A stretch of 63,418 bases of DNA, the filler included, from Choristocarpus tenellus KU-1152 (lineage: Eukaryota > Protista > Phaeophyceae), in assembly GCA_964200185.2 (NCBI GenBank). It is 13 parts of 13 records of this genome, joined end to end, with 100 filler letters (N's around TTAATTAATTAA, not from the genome) between each part and the next. Parts side by side here need not be neighbours in the genome. Positions count along the whole stretch, not along the records: positions 1 to 2,665 come from CAXNAD020025823.1; positions 2,766 to 5,373 come from CAXNAD020026313.1; positions 5,474 to 11,615 come from CAXNAD020008842.1; 10 more parts are not named here. One strand, given 5' to 3'. How positions within the stretch are numbered: the first letter of the stretch is position 1; each line of letters opens with the position of its first letter. Below the pieces are notes generated by a model that had not been told where the DNA came from, made no database searches, and saw only the letters and a program-made list of their open reading frames with translations. A program made the position numbers and the translations under genes. This document shows positions 1 to 11,615 of this stretch, piece by piece.

Positions 1-459
1 GGAAACCAATGAAAACTATATACATATGTGTATATAAAATGTCCTAAACATAAGAAGTGAATTCAAGGTTAGTGCATGTATGTGTGTCTCTATTCTGAGA
101 ATGTGGGTAACCGGGTTAGCACAGTAAGGGACAAGATATCTACGATTCCATTGCCTCCACAAATACTTTCTTGGCCTTCTCATCTTTCACACGGCACTCC
201 AACTTCTATTGCCTAGGTCAAAATGTATAGGATAAGATCATGAAGAGGTTGGGAATCAGCCTAAGGACAAGGAGACCAACTACGGGGACCACGGATGGTA
301 TGGTGCGAGTTGGAAGGTCATAACGAGGAACAAGGCGACAATTGTGTTGAAGAGAATAGCGAGAGAAATCAGGCTATAACCAATGAAGTGCGACCTACAC
401 TTGACCAGGATCAGCTGAGCAATGTTGATGGTGGCCGTGGGGACACCTCAACTAATAAT

Positions 460-717
460 GAGTGAAAGTATCTTAGAGGGTAAGAGTTTTGCCCTGTTTG
501 TCCATTTGGGGCTTGGGTTCCCATGGGTTTTTTAAAGACATTTCCTACTCCAAAATGTATAGGAGTAGGTAAAATGTATACGTTATGAAAATTTTTGTCC
601 GAAACATAGATATGGACACTTCCTAACATACACGATAGTCAAAATTACATCAAAATCGCAACATTGCATTTTGACACCCAAATGGACGTGGTGCTACCCT
701 CTAAGATACTTTGGCTC
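460..717 (+). mobile_element. MITE family A, complete copy (Sola2-like termini)
   Basis: TIRs GAGTGAAAGTATCTTAGAGGGTA ... TACCCTCTAAGATACTTTGGCTC; 4-bp TSD TAAT (456-459 and 718-721); many homologous copies in the window. Confidence 0.92.
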
Positions 718-2665
718 TAATGTGGATGGAGGGGAGATGAAAGTCAGCAGTCTTCATGGTCTGCGTCAGGGCAAATCACAGGGAGCCAGTATGGGTGTAA
801 TTAAGCTTAGCAGAGGGTGGTAAGGACTAGGGGCAACTGGGACAAGAGGAAAGTGCCTAGGAACTAGATCTATCATTGGCGTAAATGAGAGGTCAAGTTC
901 GGGGGAGTAGGTGTCTTTTAGCTCAAAGGCATGATACGGGGGTGGATGAAGGTGGGGTATTTTGGATTAATGCGGAGTGTTGTGGGTGGAGGTGGAGCGT
1001 TTTTGGAGGATTGGTATAGGAGATTATACAAGAAAAGTAAGTGGCCGCATTGGTTTGTAAGTGGATACGTAAAAGGTGGCCGTATTGGCTCGTGAGTGAA
1101 TACACAAAGAAGTGACTGCATTGAATGATGTCTCCAAGTAATCTGTTTCTTACGGTTGGGATTGGATATATTTGATTGGTAGACGGAAGAAACAAGCAGT
1201 TTATTTGTTGTTGAGTAGACTTCTCGAGCAAAGATAAAGCAGCCTATACTTTGATGACAAGAATCGAAGATCAGGTTACATTTAGAGTGCTTGTTCTGTG
1301 GTCATGTTGTGCAAGATGTGACACTTGACCAGTATAATTGGATGATGGGTTGAAACTACTTAATTTCGTCGCACCTGCCAAGGTTGTTGTCATCTTTGCA
1401 ATGGTGTAAAAAACTGTGCTGTTCCCCCAGTCTAAACAACGACATAATCTTCCTCTCCCCATTGCAAGGGGATGGTGGGGGCATCAGGCTACTTAACCGC
1501 TGTGGATTCTAGTTTCTTCTGGTTTCTTATCCGTATGCTCCCAGGAAGGACACCACCACTAACAATGAGGTTGATATGGGAATGAATAGAGCAAGGCAGT
1601 CAACTGTCACATCATCCTGCACCAACTTGCCGTCCTCAGAGTGTGCCATCTGCACCACAATTGTGAGCAGTCAGTGCACATATGGATTTGCCTCAGGAAT
1701 AGTCATGTGTGGATGGTTCAAGGTCGACCCACTAGTGCTGGATGAGGAAAGAAGTCACTCTTCCTTCCCACGATACTTACGAGGTGTCTCAGGAAGAGGA
1801 AACACTGGCAGTGGGACGGGTTTATGGAGCTGGAGACAGCGCAAAAGGGGGGTTGTCACATCTATAGACAAGCAAAAGAGGTCAAGGACTGTGAGTGCAG
1901 ACCCAGTGTTAACATAGCGCTCTAGCAGTTGTATAGATACATGGAGTATCAATGTGTATAGTAGATTGAGAGTTTTATTCTGACATCATACAATGGTGGA
2001 GGACAACATGTTATCCAACAAGAAATCCATCCGTACCCCACCAGGAATGGTGAAGGGAAGTGTTAAGAATTATCCATATATTATTACTATTTTTACAGAG
2101 TAGTAGAGTATGAAAAAAATTGGTTGAAGAATGGGTTCTATTTGTACTACAAATGAGAGACGATAGAAAAAGGAGGTATGTATGTCAATAGTAATCACCG
2201 AGAAAACCTTTTTCCCAGAATTTCCACGGAATTTTTTGGAACGTTGTTGGGTTTCGGATTGGGGGAAATGTGTTCTTAAATTAAGTTTAATGAACACGTA
2301 CGTAAGTTACATTTTAATGTTGCATCGATAAGCCTTCCTTTTGTTTTGACCTCCTTCAGTTGTTGATGTGTTCCCCACTCCAAAAAAGGTTTGAATTGGT
2401 GATTTGCTGGTTTGAGGGCGTAGATGACTTCTGGCAGGGTCCCGAGGTAAGGTGGGAATGTATGTACCCTGGCAGAGTGCAGGAGACAGTATTAGGTGTG
2501 CAAATTACCTTGGGAGGTAATGCTATTTCTCAGTGTGAAGCCTCACACGACCCCCTTTGCTGAACATGAAAAAGGAATGGATGGTTGAAATTTAGAAGAG
2601 TGACCTTTGTGGGGTGTCTTCTAATTGTTTGTTTATTATTATTATTGTGTTTTCGCTATCTATTT

Positions 2666-2764
2666 NNNNNNNNNNNNNNNNNNNNNNNNNNNNNNNNNNN
2701 NNNNNNNNNTTAATTAATTAANNNNNNNNNNNNNNNNNNNNNNNNNNNNNNNNNNNNNNNNNNN
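2666..2764. other. Artificial contig linker (N-run/TTAATTAATTAA/N-run); first of 12
   Basis: The same ~100-nt spacer with six-frame stops also occurs at 5374-5473, 11616-11715, 18804-18903, 24066-24165, 31084-31183, 34326-34425, 41491-41590, 44479-44578, 51623-51722, 54671-54770 and 59113-59212. A separate 10-N scaffold gap lies at 19858-19867. Confidence 0.98.
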
Positions 2765-3186
2765 NGATAATTTAACAACTGCCTGCCATTGCACTCAGGA
2801 AACGCTTAAGCAAAAACCCAGGTGTAGAATATCTTAGTAGTCGACTGTTGCAGCCCTGCCTGTTTGGAAGTTGGCTTCAGGAAACGAGAAATAAGGCATC
2901 AGGGTTGGGCTACAAGGGCCCTGAAGCCCGAAAGAAGGTCGAAAGGGCTCCCAAGGCGGAGGAGAAAGCGATCGTAACAAAGAGAGCTGTGGAGACGTTT
3001 TGAAACCACCAAATCCTTTAATTAGAAGAGGTCGCGAAGCAGGTGGAGGTAGTCATTGATGAGGACGCCAGGGAAGAAGAGGAGATGAGAATGAGACTAT
3101 TTGCACACTGATGGTTTGGTTTCTCCCACTTCTTGCAAGATGCTGTACATTCACTTTTGTTCGTGGACGTAGGGTTGGACGTATAA
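2765..3186 (-). pseudogene. Possible degenerate non-LTR retrotransposon RT fragment
   Basis: Broken minus-strand frames contain RSLSP and LKPTSKQAGLQQSTTK, loosely like the LINE RT QGxxLSP and GLxxNxxK motifs. No intact YADD is visible. Confidence 0.25.
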
Positions 3187-3434
3187 GAGTGGAAGTATCT
3201 TAGAGGGTGTGAGGTTTGCCATGTTTGTCCGTTTGGGGCTTGGCTTCCAGTGTTTTTTTTAATGACATTTTTCCACTCCAAAATATTTCAGAGTAGTCAA
3301 ATGTATACATTATGAAAAGGTGTATCCGGAACGAGGGTACTGACACTTCCTAACAAACACGGTAGCCAAAATTACACCAAAATGGCAACATTGGATTTTG
3401 GTCCCCAAATGGACGTAACCCTACCCTCTAAGAT
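3187..3434 (+). mobile_element. MITE family A, right TIR truncated
   Basis: Starts GAGTGGAAGTATCTTAGAGGG, is collinear with 460-717, and ends CCCTCTAAGAT. Confidence 0.88.
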
Positions 3435-3467
3435 CGTTGATTAAACTTTCTCCCGGCCTGCATTCAC

Positions 3468-3694
3468 GAGCCAAAGTATCTTAGAGGATAGAGCCGCGTC
3501 CATTTGGGGGTCAAAATACAATGTTGCGATTTAGACGTAATTTTGGCTATTTTGTTTTTTAGGAGATGTCAACGTATCTGGGGGGGGGGGGGTGTTGGCG
3601 TCCGTTTTTCACCCTTTTTTCGATTTTCACGTTTTGGTGCGATTTGGTCGAGCGGATCGGATTTGAAATGTCAGCAAAAGAAAAAAGATTGTTG
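3468..3694 (-). mobile_element. Chimeric MITE: inverted family A right arm fused to inverted family B right arm
   Basis: 3468-~3567 is the reverse complement of the A right end. ~3566-3694 is the reverse complement of the B right end (GTCAACGTATCTG-polyG-TGTTGGCGTCCGTTTT). Confidence 0.8.
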
Positions 3695-4253
3695 GTTAGG
3701 TTCATTTCTGTCCTTGCGTACGCAAGAGGAATGAGAATATATACCACCATTTGTTTGGGTTTGGTTAGGAGTTTCGACGTTTGCATGTGTCAGATTTCGA
3801 GTCTGTTCAAACTGGATTATTGGTTTATGTATGTTGGTCATGCAGTTACGATGAATAATAAGAGATATGGGTCAGGTTGTTCCAGGGCTGGTTGTTGATT
3901 TGTTTGGTTGCATGAGTGGGATTTGGTTAGCACGTAAAGAGGGCTGTTGGTTAGGGCGTGTTTTCCCACTGTTAGGATTAGGAATTGAAAAAAAGACTGT
4001 GGACTGTTGTGAGGTTGGTTTTTTCATTTATCTGCTTACATGAGTCGTGTCTGGTATGTATACAAAGAGGACTATCAGTTAGGGCCTGTTCTCCCGGTGT
4101 GTGCATGAGGAACCAAAACATATTTCTTTTCGGGTTAGTGTACCATATATGTTTGGGGACATACATGGGTCACTCCTGACAGGCGTGGACTCTGAGTCCC
4201 TACCTAGCCGCCCCCTCACTTCCTCCTGTGCAAGTTCCTCTGGACCTGACAAA

Positions 4254-4429
4254 GGGTCAAAGTATCTGGGGGGGGGGAGTGGTTTGTAAGGGGGCGTCCG
4301 TTTCGGTCAAACAACTCTTGTTTTTCTTGACATTTCAAATCCGACGCGTGCGACCAAATCACACCAAAAAGTTAAAATCGAAAAAAGGTTGAAAAACGGA
4401 CGCCGACACCCCCCCAGATACTTTGACCC
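4254..4429 (+). mobile_element. MITE family B, complete copy
   Basis: TIRs GGGTCAAAGTATCTGGGGGG ... CCCCCCAGATACTTTGACCC; 4-bp TSD CAAA on both sides. Confidence 0.92.
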
Positions 4430-5198
4430 CAAAGTGTTACAAACGGATCGGTTCCCATCACCTTCAGAGACGTGTTCCGAGGGTGTGGTTGTATGCCTTC
4501 TCCCTGGTAGAGTTCTGCTTCCCGTACCTACTGTAGGGCTAGGCAATTGGTTATCCTGTTCCTCTTCATCCCCTGGTGGGTTGGGTCTTCCACAAGGTAT
4601 GGGCGTGAATACGCCACCAGCTATTGGTGTCTTCACCAGTACAAAATGCGGAAGTTGGAGAGTTCGTCCATGAGGAGTTGGATATGATCCGGATCGAGGT
4701 TGTCCCCTAGGGCGGTGCATAGGATTACGATGTCTTCTGGTCGGGTCTAGAAAAGGGCGACTTCTCTCTCGTGAGCGGCGCTCGTTTCGGACTTGAACTT
4801 GTCAAGGTCGTGCTCGGACGCGTGACGTTTTTCTCTGGCATGATCACAATGTTTGTGACTCGTGTTATCTCTTTGATGGTGGAGGAGTACGCAAAGGACG
4901 TGGCGAAGTAGGAGGCAAAGCAACTGGAAGAGGGGTTAGCGTTAGGAGGCAAGGGATCAGGTAGAGGTTGGTGAGAAGGAGAAAGCGAGGCAGGATACAG
5001 AGCAGGAGGCAGAGGCTGAGGACAAGATGGATGGATTAGAGTACATGTGGCTCGTTTAACTTGGGCGGATTATTCGAGCCCATAAATCAGGAAGACAAGT
5101 AGGGCTTGTAACATAGGGTGAAGAGGATGCGTATATAGGACTATAGCACTCAAACCGTGACATGATTCCCCTTCTTTTGCCGGGTTCTGTCCATCAGT

Positions 5199-5373
5199 GA
5201 CTCAAAGTATCTGGGGGGGTGGCAGCTGTCCATTTGAGATCAATTTTTTCCCGTCGTAATTTTTGGGGGATTCGGCTGCATACGTCGGATGGACAATGTA
5301 GATACACCTTTCCTGATTTTGACCCAAATGGACACCCTTATGTAGACCCCCCCCCCCCCCCCCCCCCCCCCCC
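5199..5373 (+). mobile_element. MITE family C, runs into contig end
   Basis: GACTCAAAGTATCTGGGGGGGTGGCAGCTGTCCATTTG...; homologous to 29216-29399; ends in the poly-C of the right TIR. Confidence 0.85.
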
Positions 5374-5473
5374 NNNNNNNNNNNNNNNNNNNNNNNNNNN
5401 NNNNNNNNNNNNNNNNNTTAATTAATTAANNNNNNNNNNNNNNNNNNNNNNNNNNNNNNNNNNNNNNNNNNNN

Positions 5474-5497
5474 CCCCCCCCCCAGATACTTTGACCC
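5474..5497. mobile_element. Terminal TIR of a family B/C MITE at contig start
   Basis: CCCCCCCCCCAGATACTTTGACCC. Confidence 0.8.
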
Positions 5498-5638
5498 AGA
5501 AGAGTTTGGAGCATACTGACAACAGAAGATTAACCCACCTACGCATCCTCGCCAACCAACAATCCCTTTTGTTGTTTTATTTTGTATTAATGTGCTTCAC
5601 TTGTCATGTTTTTGCATCTGTGGCCGTCTGTCCAAAAG

Positions 5639-6785
5639 CGAATCCTCAAGTGGGTGGTGATCCTCACCTTGTTGGCTTCGAGGGGTAGAAATTCGACGTC
5701 ACTGGGCAAGACGAAGGAGTGTACAATCTGATACGTGACGGGGAATGCAACATTATCAACATGTGTGTGTCGACTTTGCCCTGCACGCCTGACATCACTT
5801 ACATCACGGCATTGGGTATGATCCTTTGTGGGACGGATGGCAACAAACACACAGTGGAAATAGCAGTCAAGGATCCCCACAACTTGGAGACAATTTTCCC
5901 CTCGGACTACATCTGTTTGGCAGATGGGGCATTGAATATGGTATTGGATGATGAAGAGATTGTGGAACTAGGCATGGTACGTCAATTATGTATTGTCTGA
6001 GCAATGTTGATGTGGTATACATACGCAGTACTACACGCCTGACAATATCTTATCTCCCCCCTGATTAATCTATGCAGCCTTGTTTGTTGGCACCAATGAT
6101 TGCCAATGATCATTGCACCATTATCCCTTCAGTAGTGAACATCCTACTAAAACACAACAAGTCAATCACATTGATCCACATCTATTATCTGTTGCCCATC
6201 GTTGACTGTTCATAGTTTGATAAAGGTGATGGTGTCATGGTTATTGCAGCCAACATCTCTGGAGAGTGCCGTCCTTTCGGGTTCGAGAAATATTGGTTGG
6301 CCAAGCAGGAAAAAACTGAAGAAATGGCCCCAGAGAGTCGCAGGCTTCATGACGTCGTACCCATGTCGGAATGGATCTTGCAGGACTCACTCAGAACAAA
6401 CCCCGAAGAGTGTAGAGTTTACGTGGATAAAGCTGTAGAGTCTGACGCACTGTTTGACCATCAGTCGGAGCACACATCCTTCCAGATAACCTCTCCACAC
6501 CTGTCGCTCAGGGTCAATCACGGCAAAATCCATCAAATTGCCATGCGGGACCCAACTGACACATTTGACCCGCCAGATCATGTGGCGTATCAGATGAATT
6601 TGGCCTTTCACAAGATTCGCCTTGGGAACAATCCCCACGGTATTCTTGGTGAGACAGTTCATCCTATCCTAGATGGCAGTGGGGCTCCGATTATGGAGGG
6701 TCCTGAGGTCCTTAGTGCTGACGAGGAGGCTTACCGTGTGGACTGCCTTCTTTGCAACGAGTTTGCACAGCTTGACAGGCTATGA
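5639..6785 (+). pseudogene. 3' part of a GDPH/VWD-like (root-cap-like) domain protein gene with an in-frame TAG
   Basis: Exon 5639-5976 reads NPQVGGDPHLVGFEG*KFDVTGQDEGVYNLI...LGM. A GT-AG intron spans 5977-6215. Exon 6216-6785 reads FDKGDGVMVIAANISGECRPFGFEKYW...PHGILGET...DRL*. The TAG at 5686-5688 lies in the GDPHxxGFxGQKFD motif. Confidence 0.75.
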
Positions 6786-9255
6786 TTAAGGGACAGTGAT
6801 ATTTCCTTGACAGAGAATCGCTGGCACACACGCACTTCTTAGCTGTCCTTGGCTTTTTCAGCAACAGGGTACAGCGCGACTTGCCTTTTGTTTGTCGCTT
6901 GGAGGAGGTGAAATATTGAAATTTCACCATAGATAGTAATGATACTCCTCTAGGTGTTTGACATTTCTGTTGAAATTTGAGGAGGTGCTTTTCTTACCAA
7001 CCAACTGGCGAGTTTCGCACATTTATTCTAAATGCATGACTGTAGTAGATCCCTTAAATGATCAGCTCATTGATTAAGATTTCTGATAAGTAAAACCAAC
7101 ATTTTGTGTTGGTTGTGAAGTTTGTTTCTAGCGAGGGACCCAACCAAGACCGTTCCTGAACTGGAATGGTGTCATCTGCTTGTGTATCCTCTTGGTGTCT
7201 TTGCCTTTGCTTTTTATCAGATGCCACACGCTGGACCATGTTGAACAGTCTCTTTTATTACTGTAAAAAATTGAAATCAGTGGTCAACTGAATAACTCTA
7301 GGCCTTCTAGCATTACCTCGTCACATATGTGCATTATTGAGTGTTGACGGCAGTGCGTCATCGCATTAAGGCGAATTTTGGCTCTGTATTATAAAAGTCC
7401 TACTGTGACAGGACCAGGTCCCTTTTGTTGCTCTTCGGAAAGACGGAATGTCCTCTACAAAGAGAGGCATCTTGGGGTCTGGCCTGCTCATCAGTGAGTT
7501 GATGTTGCCTAGTAGGTCTTGTCTCTCGAGGTATTAGTGACTGCTGAGGTGTCATGGGTGTCGCCTACACCTATTGGTACTATGTGCGATAGTTCTTGTC
7601 AATTTCAATTGTCTTCAGTGTCCTCAAAGGGCTTGTGGAGGCTGCTAGTTTCTGTGAGCCATGGCGAGAGCTTACCTTCCAACCATGGCTGCATTCTCAC
7701 TGTCCAGGGACAAGATGTAAGACACATTGGCTACTCATCTTTTGTCCTTGTCAAGACTTCAGACTTCGAGTTCACTCTGCACTAAGTGTACCTCTACACA
7801 ACAACAGGATGTCGTATATTCAGAGTCAAAACATGTCCATAGACCCTTCTTCACAAGGTGCCACGACTCTACTCAAGAGCATGCACTTCTTCCTTTTGAG
7901 CGTCTCAAGGAATACCTACATCTTACCAAATATCCTCTGACTATGCATATCATGTCACTAGATTCATCAGCATAAACTCACCACTGCTTCATTGAATATG
8001 ACACTCAGTCACCATATCCAACCTGCCACCGTACAAGAGCACGATTCATTCAATCCCAGGTTTCAACATGATGACCATCATGCAGTCATGCATGCAAGCA
8101 TTGCCCGCTCCACTCTGTTGAACAGGTTAGTGCACGAAAGGCTTGTCGCCTAAAGCCGCTGGTTGAGTTACATGGTAAACATACACTGAACATTAATTAT
8201 CTAGTGGGTCGATGTCTTAGCCATCAATTATATCTGACATATGACCAAAGACTGACTCATCATACCGCCATGTACGTTACTACTCTGTTGTACTGAACTA
8301 AAGATCAACGTACATGAGACTATGCTATATATTTGTATCAGCACACACAACGTGTGAATAACACTAGGTTATTCGTGTGCAAAATAGGACAATAGTAAGG
8401 TGTACCTTATTTTGTGTATATGAGATGTAACTAATGAGATAGTACATCCAGATTATGTATGGGATTATGTATTGGTATTTATTCTGCATTCAACTACTTT
8501 GACATAACCGCTGACTTAGATTGGAAGCACAAATAAATAATAAACAAGCAATGAGAAGACACCACACCAAGGTCACTCTTCTCTTCTCTTCTAATCTTCA
8601 ACCATGTAATCGCCTTCAGCAAAGGGGGTTGTGTGAGGCTTCACACCTTCTTATCTTCACTACTAACAAATAGCATTACCTCCCAAGGTAATTTGCACAG
8701 GTTACGAGCCTCAGTAGTATGGAGAAAAGGAGCAGGTGATGGGCCCGAACGACATGAAGAATTTGCCCAACTGGACTGGAGAACCAGCATGATCGGTGAA
8801 GACTTGGACAACATGGAGATTATATCTGGTGGTTTATGCCAGCGAAAGGGTCTATAAGACATTGTGCGGCAAAAAAAAAATGTCGTCCTGAACTCACGGA
8901 GACACTAACGGAACAGGAACGAATATCGCACGGAAACTACGAAAGAGAAGAATCAATGAAGGATGCGTGGAGGACTAGATCCCCGTGCAGCTCACCACAA
9001 GACCCGATATAAGCTACAGGAAGCTGAAACGGGCAATAGTATCATCATCATCATCCCAACAAAGGACCTGCACCTTCGACAAAAAATGGAAGCTGGAGGC
9101 TAAGGAGACATGAGATATGGTACGATCGATAACAAGCAAGAACTGGAGGTCAAGAAGATACTTTGGGTACCTGGTATGCCATGCCAAAGATTGAGCAGTA
9201 GGACCCTAGGACAAGATGACGGAGTTAATCGAGGCAATGCAGCCGGAGCTGCAAT

Positions 9256-9289
<34 letters not shown>
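9256..9289. repeat. (CCTGAG)n microsatellite
   Basis: About 5.5 perfect units. Confidence 0.9.
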
Positions 9290-9403
9290 TAGGTTCATTT
9301 AGGTAGGTCCCTACAGGAACCCTATTGTCCAGATAGTATATAGTAGAAAAGTACGTAAGTCATTCTTATAATGCCATGACTGTGGAACAACTGTACCGTC
9401 CAG

Positions 9404-10090
9404 TGGTACGCTACAGTGCACAGGGGAGATCCCCTGTCTTCAATAGTCCCCAGTGTCCCTCTATCATACTTTTTTTAGTTCTTCGCACATATTTTTGAAA
9501 ACCTAACCTTAACCCTAACCCAAAATAGTCAAAGTAAACGAGAGGTGAATAAAGTTGAATTTAAGGATGCTTACAAAAATATCTAAAATCGTCTATTTTT
9601 TACTTATGTGTATGGGGTATTTTCTGATTTGTGTGTTGAGATTTTTTCAATCAATACAGAAATCAAACCTATCAAGTCAAACCTGGCACTTCATCCATAC
9701 AAACATGGGTCAATCGCGAAAGATAAAGAAATGGCTTGAGATACAAAACGGGAAAAGCTGGGTGCCTCTTGTTTACTTTAGCTAAACTCACACGTGGAAA
9801 ATATCCCTAACCAGCGAAGGAAACATTCTAGAAAGAGTGAAGGAGTATTGTGTAGGGTGGGGGGAACAAAAATCTCCCAGGAATCCACCACTTATCGCTT
9901 TTTTACACTCTTTTTCGATAATGTAACTCTAAACTCTAATCCTAGTCCTACCTCTAACCCGTGAGTGAAACTAACCTGAAGAAATAGAAAATGTATGACA
10001 GAGGGGGTTCCCAAGGTTGGTGGGGATTCCCAAGGACAATGGGGACTCCCTAAGACACGGGATCTCCCCTGTGCACTGCAACGCTTACCG
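9404..10090. mobile_element. ~690-bp non-autonomous TIR element
   Basis: ~55-bp imperfect TIRs: TGGTACGCTACAGTGCACAGGGGAGATCCCCTGTCTT... and ...AAGACACGGGATCTCCCCTGTGCACTGCAACGCTTACCG. No ORF and no clear TSD. Confidence 0.75.
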
Positions 10091-11445
10091 AAAAAATGCG
10101 ACTCTAGATTACCGATTATCCTCTCTCCACTTCTACTTTGCACAACATCGTTGCTCACAAAAAAATAGGTAGATAGTTACAGATGTATATAATCAAATAA
10201 TTGTGAACTGTGTGTTCTCTGGCAGCATAGATCACTCAGGCAACGATGGCAAAGATAACATCCAGGCAAGGATAGACCAGACGAACCAAGATGAACCGTA
10301 ACCAAGAGGATAAGGTTAGACAAGCGCAAGTGTGCCGAGTGGAGAGAATATCTTCAGAGTGTGGATCATCAGAGTAACAAGATGTGATGTCACAGAATTG
10401 TAGAATTTTGGTATCTCTGAATAAAGAGAAGTCCACCACCTGTGTGCTAACCTCTTGGAGAGATTTCAACGGACTCAGTCTCACGGAAGATCCTCAACTA
10501 GACCCTCCAGAATTCCCGGCAAGAGATTTCAATAGGTACGACAATATATGGCATATAGAAATAACGGAATGAGAACTGACAACCCCACCTACCACATCAT
10601 CCCCCCTTTTGATGAGCCAAAACCTTGCTACCTCTAATTTTCTTTGACTTCGTATATATGCTGTGAAGATAGGGATAATAATGTCGCACCGTCTACCATA
10701 TGGTGAATGTGCTATGTTGATAATGGCAAGATGAAGACATCCCGTACATCACGAGCTTTTAGAAGAGTACAACATATGTGAACTTCGTGGGTTAGGTTGA
10801 TGCACCGATCGTTTGAATATCGAAGTTTTCATCAGATAGATGCGCGAGGGTACCACAACAAAGCATCTCCGACCACAGTCCGCTGAAAAATAGCGTATTT
10901 AGTAGAAAATAATGTGGAAGTGTCAAGGGGCCAAAGCTCTCTGCAAAAGGGGGCAATCACAATCACCACACTGAACTCGTCTACCTCAGGAGGTGGGACC
11001 GAGTTTCACAGGTCTTGGCCCAGCATCTCAACGTCACTTGAGGAAATCCAGAACAGAACAAAAACCTTAACACACAACAGATGTTAGAGAATGACTGAGC
11101 AACATCACAGCAGGGAAATGGATCAATCAGAATCGGAATGGATCTTTGTTCTTGATGGTCCTTATGACTGTTTGGTCAAATCCGGATCTTATGGATGTGT
11201 CTGGTTTTGTGGACTGGTCGGTATGGACAAGTTCCAATGACGTGGTTGACGCGCACACATGTATATAGCCGAGCGTCATATCCACCAAATGCGTGTGTCC
11301 TAGATAAAAAAAGGAACCTGTCCCTGATAATAATATGTACATAAATTATTCAACTCAAATGATACATGAACGAAGGTTTGTGAATGTTTTACAGTAGTCA
11401 ACTCTTGATCGGTACATAGATATTCAAATAATGTCCACGATCATT

Positions 11446-11496
11446 CTAAGTTTGTGTGCTACGCACGCGTGAGTTCGAATCTCACCGGTGTCGCCA
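11446..11496 (+). tRNA. 3' half of a tRNA-Ser (GCT-type) ending in encoded CCA; not a complete gene
   Basis: Parsed as CTAA, GTTTG, long variable arm TGTGCTACGCACGC, T-arm GTGAG-TTCGAAT-CTCAC, acceptor strand CGGTGTC, discriminator G, CCA. No D-arm or 5' acceptor strand is present upstream. Confidence 0.75.
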
Positions 11497-11497
11497 A

Positions 11498-11615
11498 TGT
11501 GAATCGTGTGATTCTGTGGCGGCGTGGTTTACTCAGGCAAAGGTGGTGAAGAGAATCACCAGGCAAGACGGACCACACGAACAAGGACAAACCGTAACCG
11601 AGGGTACGAGGTTAA
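11498..11615 (-). mobile_element. Putative LTR 3' end followed by tRNA-Ser PBS (LTR retroelement, minus strand)
   Basis: The minus strand reads ...TTCACA-T-TGGCGACACCGGTGAG, the canonical LTR-CA / short spacer / TGG-PBS arrangement. The LTR is cut by the contig end. Confidence 0.5.

Noticed and set aside
411-629. Recurrent ORF family ending ...PLRYFHS (also 3018, 40090, 58188) and SKYLGG ORFs
   Set aside because: These are translations of non-coding MITE TIRs; frames and stops are not conserved between copies.
2710-2721. Recurrent palindromic TTAATTAATTAA flanked by Ns
   Set aside because: It is an artificial contig-joining linker with stops in six frames, not biology.
5199-5497. Apparent single MITE spanning the linker (poly-C on both sides)
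   Set aside because: The flanks (CAGT versus AGAA) do not form a TSD and contig order is arbitrary, so these are two different copies.
5686-5688. TAG=Gln alternative genetic code
   Set aside because: More than 20 conserved exons of RFC1, BEACH, PAP, ABC1 and AEC use CAA/CAG for Gln and contain no in-frame TAG or TAA.
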